Virus record (IMG/VR): IMGVR_UViG_3300029605_000149
Span: 7,564-71,563 of that record
DNA from: a virus
Reading direction: 5' to 3' (one strand)
Length of the DNA stretch: 64,000 bases
Part shown: in pieces, positions 48,235 through 58,144 of the stretch
Layout of the letters: the number at the start of each line of letters is the position of its first letter
Position numbering within the stretch: the first letter of the stretch is position 1
Position numbers and translations under genes: made by a program
Notes under the pieces: generated by a model
Told to the model about the DNA's origin: nothing
The model's input: the letters and a program-made list of their open reading frames with translations, nothing else
The model's database searches: none

Positions 48235-48827
48235 TGCTTGTTGAGGTTACCGACGGCAGACGAACCACATATAGGTATCGTCATAAGCTTTCGTATTTCG
48301 GCTTGAAACCAAAAGGCAGAAAATGGACTCTTACTACATCCGATAATGATATAGTTGACTATATTAACTCGTTTTGCCACAGAAAGCACCTTACAGTTAA
48401 TATTATTGAAAACAAATATATACGCAGCAGTAAGTACAGAAGTGTATATTTTCACGCTTATCCAAGTGATACAGGAGTATATCGCTGTGTGTACTGCGGT
48501 AAAAGAATGAGTAAAGATAAAATAACTGTTGATCATGTTATTCCGATTCAAAAGGTCCAACAATCTGACTTTTATAAAAATCTTTTGGTCACTTGCGGAA
48601 TAGATAGCGTTAATGATCCAAAAAATCTTGCTCCAGCCTGCGAAAAATGCAATAAGAAAAAAGCGGGTTCATTTTCGCTTAAATACTATTTTCTTGCCAA
48701 ATCCGGAAAACAACCACACGGAATTGCTTTCAGAAGATTTATAAAATTTATATGTGTATTGTGCATCACATTTGATGTACTGTGGATAATTTTTTTAATA
48801 CTAATGAAAATACAAATACTTTCCTAA
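48234..48827 (+). CDS. HNH endonuclease domain protein
   Basis: CVYCGKR...DHVIPI...N...C..CN HNH motif. Confidence 0.65.
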   Translation: MLVEVTDGRRTTYRYRHKLSYFGLKPKGRKWTLTTSDNDIVDYINSFCHRKHLTVNIIENKYIRSSKYRSVYFHAYPSDTGVYRCVYCGKRMSKDKITVDHVIPIQKVQQSDFYKNLLVTCGIDSVNDPKNLAPACEKCNKKKAGSFSLKYYFLAKSGKQPHGIAFRRFIKFICVLCITFDVLWIIFLILMKIQILS

Positions 48828-49729
48828 AAGGGGGAATTGATTTGTCAGAAGCTAATACTATGAAAAAAGCTATAAAAGGAAATACAGCGATTATAGGAAT
48901 GCTTGCAGTAATTGTTTTTGGATATGCTTTTTTCTTTCTTTCACCTCGCATTTTTCTGCCGAGTGAAGATAGTTTGCTTTATACCAACCTAAGGACACCG
49001 GTAGTAATAAATTCAGATCATAGTGTAACAATCGAAAACTGGATTTATTCTCAAAAAGAGAAGCAAATGCAGATAATATTAAGCTTTGATAATACAGCAA
49101 TTGACGCATCGGAAGAATATATCTTTCAAGCTGTATCAAGAAATGTTGTAAAAGAAAGTAAAGAAGTTGAATATGAAGTTACATATCAATCAAGCAGTTT
49201 TGTTAATGTTATGCTGTACAATATTCCTGATGACTTTAATGAGCTTGCACTTAATGTAGGTTATGTTGCAGATGACGATATTCTTACCGATGAGTCTGCC
49301 AAAAAAGGTGAAAACAAAAATGCGGCTTATACTACAGTTTACACTAATAAATATAAGGTCGAAAATGCAGATAAAATTGAGCCGTTATCTGTTGTAGAAA
49401 TGTACATAAACAAGCTTAATGATGAAATAGACGGTTATGAAAGCGATATTGAAAATCTCACCCAAAAAATTTCAGATGCAGAAGAATCCCAAAAGGAAAT
49501 TCTAACAAAGGTTGATCAGCTTAATAAGGACAAAGAGTATATGACTGTCAACGAAGTAAAAAAGATTGACGAACAAATTTCTGCATACGAAACAAGCTAC
49601 AAAAGTTATACGGATAAAATATCCGGATATGAGGAGTCTATTGATGAAAAGAATGACGATATTTCTACAGCCAAGGCTAAAATCAAAGAACTCGAAAATA
49701 TTATCAAAGAGAAAGGAAGTAGCAAGTAA
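48782..49729 (+). CDS. membrane-anchored protein with C-terminal coiled coil
   Basis: TM helix IIGMLAVIVFGYAFFFL. Confidence 0.4.
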   Translation: MDNFFNTNENTNTFLKGGIDLSEANTMKKAIKGNTAIIGMLAVIVFGYAFFFLSPRIFLPSEDSLLYTNLRTPVVINSDHSVTIENWIYSQKEKQMQIILSFDNTAIDASEEYIFQAVSRNVVKESKEVEYEVTYQSSSFVNVMLYNIPDDFNELALNVGYVADDDILTDESAKKGENKNAAYTTVYTNKYKVENADKIEPLSVVEMYINKLNDEIDGYESDIENLTQKISDAEESQKEILTKVDQLNKDKEYMTVNEVKKIDEQISAYETSYKSYTDKISGYEESIDEKNDDISTAKAKIKELENIIKEKGSSK

Positions 49730-51384
49730 TGAAAATATGCTATATAGGAACACATGATGAGTCAAGCAGGGCACTTGAAGAGTTTTGTAAAAGATATGAT
49801 TGTACTTTTGAATATGATGAAAGTGCAGAATCTTCTGAAAGTCTTGTGTCGGCATTAAAGAGTGCGTTCAAATACAATCTTATAGTTGTTAATCTCGATT
49901 GTTTGCATAACAAAAAAATTGATGACGACTTTCTTTATGATTGCTTTGAGCAGTATAAAAAAGTTAAATCGGAACTAATACTATATAGAAATATACCACC
50001 AAAATTCAAAGACATAGGCTATCCAATAATTTCCGATGTGAATGCCGACAGAAAAAGTCTTGAAAAGTGGTTTGCGGCATACGGATTTAAACTTCTTCCT
50101 AAAAAAGCGGAAGAAAACCTATTTTCATCCTTAATAACAAGTGATACTCCTAATCAAAAGGTATCAAATAATTTTTTTGACGATATAAAAATCATAAAGG
50201 AAGAAGATGAAAACGCACAAACAGTAAAACAGAATAAACAAACTGATTCTTCAACAATAAATCGCAGTAAGCCTCAGACACTTGAATCTCTTGTCTTGCC
50301 TGATTTTAAAAAAGCAGAAACAAAATCAGATGATAAGGCAAATAAACCTCGTGTGATGAGCATTGAAGAAAAAGAGAAAAGTGTAGAGAAGATTGAACGG
50401 TTTAAAAAGTCCGATATATCAAAAGATTCTAAAAAAACTTCTGAAGAAAAAAGTGAGGAAAAAGTTAAAACTAAGCCTGTAACACTTTCAGACTCATTAG
50501 ATTCTATTGATCAGATATTTGGAAAAATGCCTGTTCAGCTAGAAAATATAAAGAAATTAAATGATGATACTACACAGGAAAAGCCAATATCTAACTCTCA
50601 GGATAAACAGCAGAGGGTTGAAAATATTCAACCTACTACGCTTACAATGAATACAGAACCTATTGAAAATACTTCTTTCCCTCAGAAACAGAACTCTGAA
50701 TTTGCTACATACACTCAAGTCAAACCAGAGTCTTTCGATAATAAAAAGGATTTTGATATTCCTATTCAAAAACGAACGATTGGTGTTATCGGTTCACTTG
50801 ATAGAATTGGAACCACAACGCAAGCAATACAGATTACAAGATTTTTAAGTAATATTGGACAAAGTGTATGTTATGTTCAAGATAACAACAGCAATTTTCT
50901 TGACATGTTGATAAAATATTATTATGATGTAAATGTAGATACAGGAAGTGAATGTATACTGTATGATGGCTTGTATCTTAATAGGAAGAAAAATCTTGTT
51001 TATGACAAAGAATATGAAGTAGAGGTGTATGATTATGGATGCCCTGTAAATATACCGTCGGATTTTTTTGAAAAGAATATCCGTATTGTTGTATGTGGGG
51101 GATCCCCTGATGAAATTGACAGGCTTACTGCAATGATTTCTCAATTATATTCAGATGATAAGATATACTATGTATTCTCATTTGTTGCCAATCATGACAA
51201 ACAAAATGTGCTTGATATAATGAGCGAAAGAAAATCTAAGTGCTATTTTGCTCCTTATTCACCTGATTGCTTTGCTCAAATATCTGATGAGAATGCCGAT
51301 ATGTATTATGATATACTCGGAATAGAGAAACCCAAGAAAAAGAAGGGCTTGTTTAGAAGGGGAAACAAAGATGCCAAAGTATAA
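49729..51384 (+). CDS. hypothetical protein, C-terminal degenerate ParA/MinD-like (TadZ/CpaE-like) fold
   Basis: RTIGVIGSLDRIGTTTQAIQITRFL resembles deviant Walker A with Lys lost; Lys/Glu-rich linker. Confidence 0.35.
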   Translation: MKICYIGTHDESSRALEEFCKRYDCTFEYDESAESSESLVSALKSAFKYNLIVVNLDCLHNKKIDDDFLYDCFEQYKKVKSELILYRNIPPKFKDIGYPIISDVNADRKSLEKWFAAYGFKLLPKKAEENLFSSLITSDTPNQKVSNNFFDDIKIIKEEDENAQTVKQNKQTDSSTINRSKPQTLESLVLPDFKKAETKSDDKANKPRVMSIEEKEKSVEKIERFKKSDISKDSKKTSEEKSEEKVKTKPVTLSDSLDSIDQIFGKMPVQLENIKKLNDDTTQEKPISNSQDKQQRVENIQPTTLTMNTEPIENTSFPQKQNSEFATYTQVKPESFDNKKDFDIPIQKRTIGVIGSLDRIGTTTQAIQITRFLSNIGQSVCYVQDNNSNFLDMLIKYYYDVNVDTGSECILYDGLYLNRKKNLVYDKEYEVEVYDYGCPVNIPSDFFEKNIRIVVCGGSPDEIDRLTAMISQLYSDDKIYYVFSFVANHDKQNVLDIMSERKSKCYFAPYSPDCFAQISDENADMYYDILGIEKPKKKKGLFRRGNKDAKV

Positions 51385-52465
51385 TAATAATGCCGGATTC
51401 AAAGGATACGATAATAAAGATAATTCTGATAAAAGAACTAAGGTGTCTCCAAAGATGATTTTAGTAATCGGTGTCGGTGCCTTTATTGTCGTGTTCATTG
51501 TAATAATTCTTATTATATCAATGAGTGGTAATCCTGACTATGATATTAAACAATCAACAACACAGACAACAACTGAAGAAAGCCTTAATTATGATGATGT
51601 TTTTGGGCATGATGAAGATGAGGATGACACATCGGAATCAGAACTTGATAATTTATATGTAGGAACAATGTCGCCTGTGCCGCAAATGACAAATTCGGAT
51701 TCAAACAAAAATTCTTCCAAAAGCAGTTCACCATCATCTTCCTCAGAAAAAGATGAGAAAAACAGCAATTCATCTAAGTCATCAAAATCTACGAAAAGCA
51801 GTTCTTCAAATGCAAGCTCGAATAATGCTCAGTCACATTATAATGACGGAAATAATTACAGCAATAACAGTAATAACAACAATTCGGGCAATAATGTCAC
51901 ATACTCAAGTAATATAAGCAACAAGAGTAGCAGTCAGAGTCATTATGAATACAAAGATAAAACCGTATCGGTCACAAGTGTAAGCATTTCCCGCAGCAGT
52001 ATATCGCTGACTGTGGGGGAGAGTGCTAATCTTAGTGCAAGTGCATACCCCGGTAATGCGACAGATAAAAGCATTACTTGGTCAAGCACTAACAACTCTA
52101 TAGCCTCTGTCAGTAATGGCAGAGTTAGTGCAAAGTCTGCCGGTACTTGCACAATTGCAGCAGGCACAAATAACGGTGTTAAAGCTTATTGTACGGTTAC
52201 AGTCAAGAATAAAGCTGTGACACCAACTCCTGTCGATAATTGCAGACTTAATGTAACTTCAACAACACTTTATAAAAAGCAACAAAGTACAATACGCTTG
52301 GAAGGAGCTAAAAAATGCAGTTGGGAGATTAGTAATCCTTATGTTGTAACGGTTGTGAAAGAATCAAGAAATTATATTATAGTTAAGGCAAAAAAGACAG
52401 GACTCACAAATGTTGTAGCAACATATAATGGAAAAACTTACAAATGTAAGGTAGAAGTAAAGTAA
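51371..52465 (+). CDS. membrane-anchored Ser/Asn-rich surface protein with Big_2 Ig-like domains
   Basis: TM helix, S/N low complexity, then VSVTSVSISRSSISLTVGESANLSASAYPGNATDKSITWSS Big_2 pattern. Confidence 0.55.
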   Translation: MPKYNNNAGFKGYDNKDNSDKRTKVSPKMILVIGVGAFIVVFIVIILIISMSGNPDYDIKQSTTQTTTEESLNYDDVFGHDEDEDDTSESELDNLYVGTMSPVPQMTNSDSNKNSSKSSSPSSSSEKDEKNSNSSKSSKSTKSSSSNASSNNAQSHYNDGNNYSNNSNNNNSGNNVTYSSNISNKSSSQSHYEYKDKTVSVTSVSISRSSISLTVGESANLSASAYPGNATDKSITWSSTNNSIASVSNGRVSAKSAGTCTIAAGTNNGVKAYCTVTVKNKAVTPTPVDNCRLNVTSTTLYKKQQSTIRLEGAKKCSWEISNPYVVTVVKESRNYIIVKAKKTGLTNVVATYNGKTYKCKVEVK

Positions 52466-52479
52466 AAAGGAGAATTTAT

Positions 52480-53505
52480 ATGTATGGTTTAATTATATTA
52501 TTGGCAATATTAGCATTGGTGATAGCTGTTGTATCAACTAATATCCGCATTGTTCCTCAAACTGAGGCATGGGTAATTGAAAGACTTGGAAGTTATCAGA
52601 CAACTTGGCAGGCAGGACTACACATTAAGATTCCTTTCATTGACAGGATTGTCATAAGGGCAAACCTTAAAGAAAAAGTTTTCGATTTTCCTCCTCAGCC
52701 GGTAATCACAAAAGATAATGTAACGATTATGATTGATACAGTAGTATATTCACAGGTTACAGACGCTAAGCTTTATGCTTATGGTACAGACAATCCTACA
52801 AGAGCAATCGAAAATCTTACAGCGACAACTTTGCGTAATATAATAGGTGATATGGAGCTTGACAGTACACTCACTTCAAGAGATGAAATTAACAAAAAGA
52901 TGTGTCTTATACTTGATGAGGCTACTGATCCTTGGGGAATTAAGGTAATTCGTGTTGAAGTCAAGTCTATTGATCCGCCAAAAGAAATCAAAGATGCTAT
53001 GGAAAGACAAATGAAAGCAGAGCGTGACCGCCGTGCAAAGATTATCGAAGCTGAGGGTAATAAGGAAAGTGCAATTAAGATAGCCGAAGGTAATAAGACG
53101 GCAAGAATACTTAATGCTCAAGCTGATAAAGAAGCTATAGTTCTTGCCGCCGAAGCGGAAAAAGAACGACTTATAAAAGAAGCCGAAGGTAAGGCTCAGG
53201 CTTTACTTAGAACTCAGGAAGCCGAAGGTAAGGCTCTTGAAATATTAACGAACGCAAATCCATCTGATAAGATACTTACTTTGAAGGGCTATGAAGCACT
53301 CGTTCGTGTAGCTGACGGAAATGCAACCAAGTTAATAATTCCTACGGAACTTTCTAATGTTACAAGTCTTGTTTCTGCTATTACTGAGAGTGCAGAAACT
53401 GCAAAAAAGAAAGCCACTAAAAAGCCTATTATCAAGGAAAATCCTCAGAAATCATTGTTTGATGATGTAGAGGCAGATGTAAAGGCGATTAGTTCAGAGA
53501 AATAA
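52480..53505 (+). CDS. SPFH/band-7 (stomatin/prohibitin-like) membrane protein
   Basis: N-terminal TM then IVPQTEAWVIERLG...DNVTIMIDTVVYSQV SPFH core, C-terminal coiled coil. Confidence 0.85.
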   Translation: MYGLIILLAILALVIAVVSTNIRIVPQTEAWVIERLGSYQTTWQAGLHIKIPFIDRIVIRANLKEKVFDFPPQPVITKDNVTIMIDTVVYSQVTDAKLYAYGTDNPTRAIENLTATTLRNIIGDMELDSTLTSRDEINKKMCLILDEATDPWGIKVIRVEVKSIDPPKEIKDAMERQMKAERDRRAKIIEAEGNKESAIKIAEGNKTARILNAQADKEAIVLAAEAEKERLIKEAEGKAQALLRTQEAEGKALEILTNANPSDKILTLKGYEALVRVADGNATKLIIPTELSNVTSLVSAITESAETAKKKATKKPIIKENPQKSLFDDVEADVKAISSEK

Positions 53506-53527
53506 TTTCCGAAAGGGGAAAAGCACA

Positions 53528-54163
53528 ATGAAAAAAACACTCACAATTTTAATCGCACTTACTATGCTCTTATCTGTTTCTGCCTGTGGCAACAGCGAGT
53601 CACAACAGCCGACTGATTCGACAATCAGTTCATCACAAGTGTCGCAGACAGAAGGCAGTTCGGAAACTGTTGCACAATCATCAAACACAAAGTTATCGGG
53701 CACTTATAAAGTTCCACTTAGAAATATATATGTGGATATACCGAACTACAAGGAACTTGAAAAAGCATACACAGAATTGTTTATTGTTCATGATTCAAGA
53801 TATGTTACATTTACATCTGCAAGACTAAGTAAGGCGGATTCTGCAAAAGATGCGCACAATGTTGCTTTTAAAGAAATGATTCCAAATATGCAGAATTATG
53901 CAGGCGGAATTAACGATATAACAATTACCAAAGACGAAGAGACCACAATCAACGGAATAGATATGTATTTGTTCGAGGGTACTATTAACTACGGAACAGA
54001 TACAAAGTTTGACGGATATGCAAAAGGCTGCGCATTCGTTCTTGATGGGATTCCGTGCGAGATTGTCGGTTCGGTAATTGATAAGTCACAAAGTCAGGAA
54101 CTTATTGCTGAAATCAGTGAGATTGTAGATGAAATGACACAAACAGTTCGTTCAGAAGAGTAA
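53528..54163 (+). CDS. lipoprotein
   Basis: Signal peptide with lipobox LSVSAC. Confidence 0.6.
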   Translation: MKKTLTILIALTMLLSVSACGNSESQQPTDSTISSSQVSQTEGSSETVAQSSNTKLSGTYKVPLRNIYVDIPNYKELEKAYTELFIVHDSRYVTFTSARLSKADSAKDAHNVAFKEMIPNMQNYAGGINDITITKDEETTINGIDMYLFEGTINYGTDTKFDGYAKGCAFVLDGIPCEIVGSVIDKSQSQELIAEISEIVDEMTQTVRSEE

Positions 54164-54175
54164 GGAAGTTTTCGT

Positions 54176-54367
54176 ATGAGAAATATTGACAATCAAAATA
54201 AATTAGATCGAGATGTCAACGAGTGTAACGAATATAACGAGAAATACGGCAAACATCTAAGTTACGGATACTATACAGCTTATAAGGCAAATCGTTGGTT
54301 AGAACAGGAATGGCTTGATATTCTTTCGCAACGAAGAAGAAAACAAATTAAAGAAAGCATGAAATAA
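54176..54367 (+). CDS. hypothetical small protein
   Basis: 63-aa ORF. Confidence 0.3.
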   Translation: MRNIDNQNKLDRDVNECNEYNEKYGKHLSYGYYTAYKANRWLEQEWLDILSQRRRKQIKESMK

Positions 54368-54539
54368 TATGCAGGGCTATCATTTCGCAATTGAGATTGT
54401 GAGATGATAGCCTTTTTGTATTTGAGAGCAACAAAATCAATAATTACAATTCTGCAAAATTGATATAATATAATTGTGAATAGTAATATTTACAAGAAGT
54501 GCTTGTTTAAATTATGTAATTGAAAGGAAAAAGAAAAAT

Positions 54540-54788
54540 ATGAAAATGCATAAACTAAAAACTGAAAGGCAATACTGCGATAATATCCTGTATGAAGTAA
54601 AAAGTTTTGAAATTCGGAAAAACGATGAAAATTTTGAGGTGGGGGATAAGATTATATATATCCCCGTTGTTAACGGTATTGAAGTAGAACATAAAATCAG
54701 CAACGCTATTTTTGAAATCACATATTTACTTAAAGAGATTGAAGGTCTGAAAGACGGATATGTGGCATTTACCGTTAGAAGATATTAA
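54540..54788 (+). CDS. DUF3850/ASCH-like small protein
   Basis: KSFEIRKNDENFEVGDKIIY resembles the conserved ASCH-like DUF3850 core. Confidence 0.5.
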   Translation: MKMHKLKTERQYCDNILYEVKSFEIRKNDENFEVGDKIIYIPVVNGIEVEHKISNAIFEITYLLKEIEGLKDGYVAFTVRRY

Positions 54789-54814
54789 TAGAAGATATTA
54801 AACTAGGAGCCAAA

Positions 54815-55639
54815 ATGCATAAAAAGAAGAAATCTGTCGGTGATAATAAGAAAAGCATAATTGCAGTATTATTTATTGGTGCAGGATGTGCATTAGCAGC
54901 GGCAATTGCTTGTTCGTTTTTTTTGTCCAATTTATCCAATAATAATGGAGAGTCGGAATTTGAAAAAGCCAGAAGTATTACTGCAACAACATCATCAGTT
55001 CCGAGTAGTTCCGATGATAATTCCGATAATGTAAAATCTTCATCAGATAATCAAAAATCAAAGAGTACTGATAATTATGTTAATGACAATGATAGCAGTA
55101 AAATGACCGTTGATTCTCAAAAGCTGTATGAAGATAGTGTTGCATACAACCGAAAATTGAAATCAAATCAGAGCAACTTACTGACAAATGAGGAGTCATA
55201 CACATATTCAGCGTTAAAGTTAACTGATTATGGTATTACAAACGGCGTGTATGCTTACATAACTGCTGATTCAATTGGTCTTAATGTTCCTGTATACCTT
55301 GGTGCAAACAATAGTAATATGGCATATGGTGCGGCTCATCTATGCTATACTTCGTTGCCAACCGGCGGAAAGGATTCTAATGTGGTTTTGTCGGGACATA
55401 CAGGATATATCGGCAGATGGATTTTTGACAGCATTCCTTCGCTTAAAACAGGAGATACGGTAACTGTAAAAAACTACTGGGGCGATGTAAAATACAAAGT
55501 TGTCAGTAAAGTCACAAGATCTCCAAATGATGGACAAGATATGTACATAGATAAAGGAAAAGATAAATTAACATTAATAACCTGCGTATCGGATGGTAAA
55601 GGTGGATTTAATCGGTGCGTAGTAATTTGTGAAAGGTAA
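54815..55639 (+). CDS. sortase
   Basis: N-terminal TM; His in VLSGHTG; catalytic Cys in LTLITCVS (TLxTC). Confidence 0.85.
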   Translation: MHKKKKSVGDNKKSIIAVLFIGAGCALAAAIACSFFLSNLSNNNGESEFEKARSITATTSSVPSSSDDNSDNVKSSSDNQKSKSTDNYVNDNDSSKMTVDSQKLYEDSVAYNRKLKSNQSNLLTNEESYTYSALKLTDYGITNGVYAYITADSIGLNVPVYLGANNSNMAYGAAHLCYTSLPTGGKDSNVVLSGHTGYIGRWIFDSIPSLKTGDTVTVKNYWGDVKYKVVSKVTRSPNDGQDMYIDKGKDKLTLITCVSDGKGGFNRCVVICER

Positions 55640-55654
55640 AAAACGAGGTTAAAT

Positions 55655-56353
55655 ATGAATAATAATGATTATACAGTAGTACCGCTAAAAAAAGCGGTAG
55701 TAAATAAATATATTAATTTTGCAAAAAAACAATATGACGAAGATAATATCAAAAATCAGAAATTCATTAAGAATTTTAAATGGAAACTACTGGCGGTTCT
55801 GCTTTCAATTTTTCCTATGTCCTGCCTATCGGCAGCGGTAATTATGATGTTAATATGGAGTAATGACCTTGCATCACTTATTGCATTATCAGTACTTGCA
55901 ATAACTATAGTAAGTGTTGGAATATATTTGATTTCAAATGAGTTGTTATCATTACTGAAACGAAAAAAAGAAATTATAGCTAATAACAATAGTTTCTCAG
56001 ATTATTATGAGAATGAAGAGTGGATTAGTGATGAAGTGGGTATTGACGAGTATGTTAACATTCACCGAATAATCCAGTTGAGTCTGATGACAGACAACAG
56101 AGTTAAAAACAGAAACTTTGAACAGTTGATATTTGAAAAAATGGTAGGAAATCAAGCTGTTTTTAGATTGTATTACAGTTCTGAGGACCAACATAAATAT
56201 AACTATCTTTATATGTTAGAATCAGAAGTTCGGGATGATGTAGAAAAGGTAGAAATAGATCTCAATCGTAACAGAATAAGAATTCCTTGCAGAAATGACA
56301 GTTATTTAAAGGGAATCAATATAACAAAGAAAGAAATTTTTCAAACTGCATAG
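55655..56353 (+). CDS. hypothetical membrane protein
   Basis: Two TM helices. Confidence 0.4.
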   Translation: MNNNDYTVVPLKKAVVNKYINFAKKQYDEDNIKNQKFIKNFKWKLLAVLLSIFPMSCLSAAVIMMLIWSNDLASLIALSVLAITIVSVGIYLISNELLSLLKRKKEIIANNNSFSDYYENEEWISDEVGIDEYVNIHRIIQLSLMTDNRVKNRNFEQLIFEKMVGNQAVFRLYYSSEDQHKYNYLYMLESEVRDDVEKVEIDLNRNRIRIPCRNDSYLKGINITKKEIFQTA

Positions 56354-56367
56354 AAACACAAAAGCGG

Positions 56368-56400
56368 GTATGTGATTAAGACACATACCCGCTTTTAGTG
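56368..56400 (+). terminator. rho-independent terminator
   Basis: AAGCGGGTATGTG / CACATACCCGCTT 13-bp stem then TTTT. Confidence 0.65.
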
Positions 56401-57145
56401 AGAAAAGTATTAAGAAAAAAGTTTATTAAATTGTCAGTATTAAAGAAGCATGCATCATAATACGAGCAACTCGTATTAATTTAGATTTGAACTCGTTTAT
56501 TTCTAAATGAGCTACCCGTATATATGTGCATTGCTAAGTTAAATGCTTTATTATATTATATCACTAATATGTTGTAATGTCAATTAGAATATGAATAAAT
56601 TGAATAATTGAAGAATTGTCAGGTAGGAGAGAGTGCTATTTATTCAGTATTTGTATATGCACATAATCCTAATTTCACGCAGGGGGGAATATACACATAT
56701 GGGTATAAGCCTAAAAGTCGCTATAAATTGTCAGTTTTTGATTTTATGGTTGTTCGTCAGACTATTCCTCGCTTTTTCATTCAGAAGATTTTGCTTATCC
56801 TTGTTCAAATAAACTGCATATCGCTAAGACTCTTAATGTCGTATAACTTAAATAGTCACAATTTAAAAGGTATATACCTTTTTGTGGCGATGTTATCTTT
56901 ACTTATTCAATACTTATTCAATAAACACTCAAAATGTAAAATTGCAAATTCCTGTATCAATAAATGATTTTAAACATTTGAATATTTAATTCAATATTTA
57001 TTCGGACATTCTTCAATAATTAAACTCCTATATTTGTTTGGATGGTACCATACGGTACCGTCTAACGAATTATAAATATAAATGTTTGATTATAACAAAT
57101 TGACCTTCATTATTCATTTGAATGTTCATAATATTCAAATGTGCC

Positions 57146-57174
57146 TTGACATTATAAAAAACTACTGATATAAT
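57146..57174 (+). promoter_or_regulatory. consensus sigma-A-type promoter TTGACA-17-TATAAT
   Basis: Exact hexamers and 17-bp spacer read in sequence. Confidence 0.5.
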
Positions 57175-57399
57175 GTAATTACTGAAATGTGATATTTGAT
57201 GATACCAAATTTCATTGACTTTTTAAAAGTAGTTAGGTCAGAAAGTTCAAATCTTCTGAAGTATAAAAATTGACAGGATAAATTCTCATATACTTCTTCC
57301 CTCTCGGAGGAGTGCAGAGACTATTATTAACACCTGCGTGAAATCTATGTTTTGTGAAGTAATAAACCCAAAAACATCTATTTGAGAAAGGAAAATAAT

Positions 57400-57447
57400 T
57401 ATGACTACAAAAGATGAGATTATTAAACATGATATTAAAAAGGAGTA
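57400..57447 (+). CDS. 15-codon upstream ORF (MTTKDEIIKHDIKKE), candidate leader peptide
   Basis: Own RBS AAAGGA; its stop overlaps the RBS (GGAG) of the downstream gene. Confidence 0.35.
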
Positions 57448-57454
57448 AGGAATT

Positions 57455-58144
57455 ATGGCAAATTTCACACTGCGACCAATGACTGTTTCCGAACGCAAGT
57501 ACAGTTATGTACAAAGCCCTCAAATTCAAGGGCAGACCGGCAATATCGGTTATTTACGTGGTGATTTCGGCTCTAACGGCAACTGGTTTTACACCACTTG
57601 GTTTGATACCCGTTCACAATGGAAAAGTGATGAGTTTAAGCAAGACTTGGACGATGTAATCAACGCCTTGCGTTCACATAATTACGGATTACTCCGAGAC
57701 CGTGCCACTATGTACTCGGTTTGTCGGGAAAATAAGGACAGCGAAATGAAAGGTAACTACACAACTGAGTTCGGCTTTCGAGCAGATTCTGAGAAGTATG
57801 CATTCCTGCTTCGTTGTATACCTGTTCAAGGTGACTATAACTTCTACTGCTTTTGTTATGTGAGAAAATGGCTGGATAAGCATATAGAGGAAGCTAATCG
57901 GGACATTCGCTTTATTGACAGTCACTATAAAGAACTGTTCCGTATTCCGGACGGTGAGTACATCATTGTAACCGATCGTTACGGTAAGATGAAAAGCTAT
58001 CCATGCCGCTATATTGACGACTATCATTTGGAGGTCGGACGCAATCTCTTTCATATTTGCGAGTTTGCTGAGCGTATGGAGCAAGACTGCTGTACCTACC
58101 GCCCCGAAAGTGCCGCTGGATCCAAAAACTATGACGAAAGGTGA
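57455..58144 (+). CDS. hypothetical Cys/His-rich cytoplasmic protein, compositionally distinct (GC-richer) from surroundings
   Basis: 229 aa; visibly higher GC than flanks; stop overlaps next start (GGTGAATGTATATG). Confidence 0.5.
   Translation: MANFTLRPMTVSERKYSYVQSPQIQGQTGNIGYLRGDFGSNGNWFYTTWFDTRSQWKSDEFKQDLDDVINALRSHNYGLLRDRATMYSVCRENKDSEMKGNYTTEFGFRADSEKYAFLLRCIPVQGDYNFYCFCYVRKWLDKHIEEANRDIRFIDSHYKELFRIPDGEYIIVTDRYGKMKSYPCRYIDDYHLEVGRNLFHICEFAERMEQDCCTYRPESAAGSKNYDER

Noticed and set aside
56608-56967. 119-aa ORF in the AT-rich intergenic region
   Set aside because: It has no convincing RBS and atypical composition, and it lies among palindromic repeats. More likely non-coding regulatory DNA.
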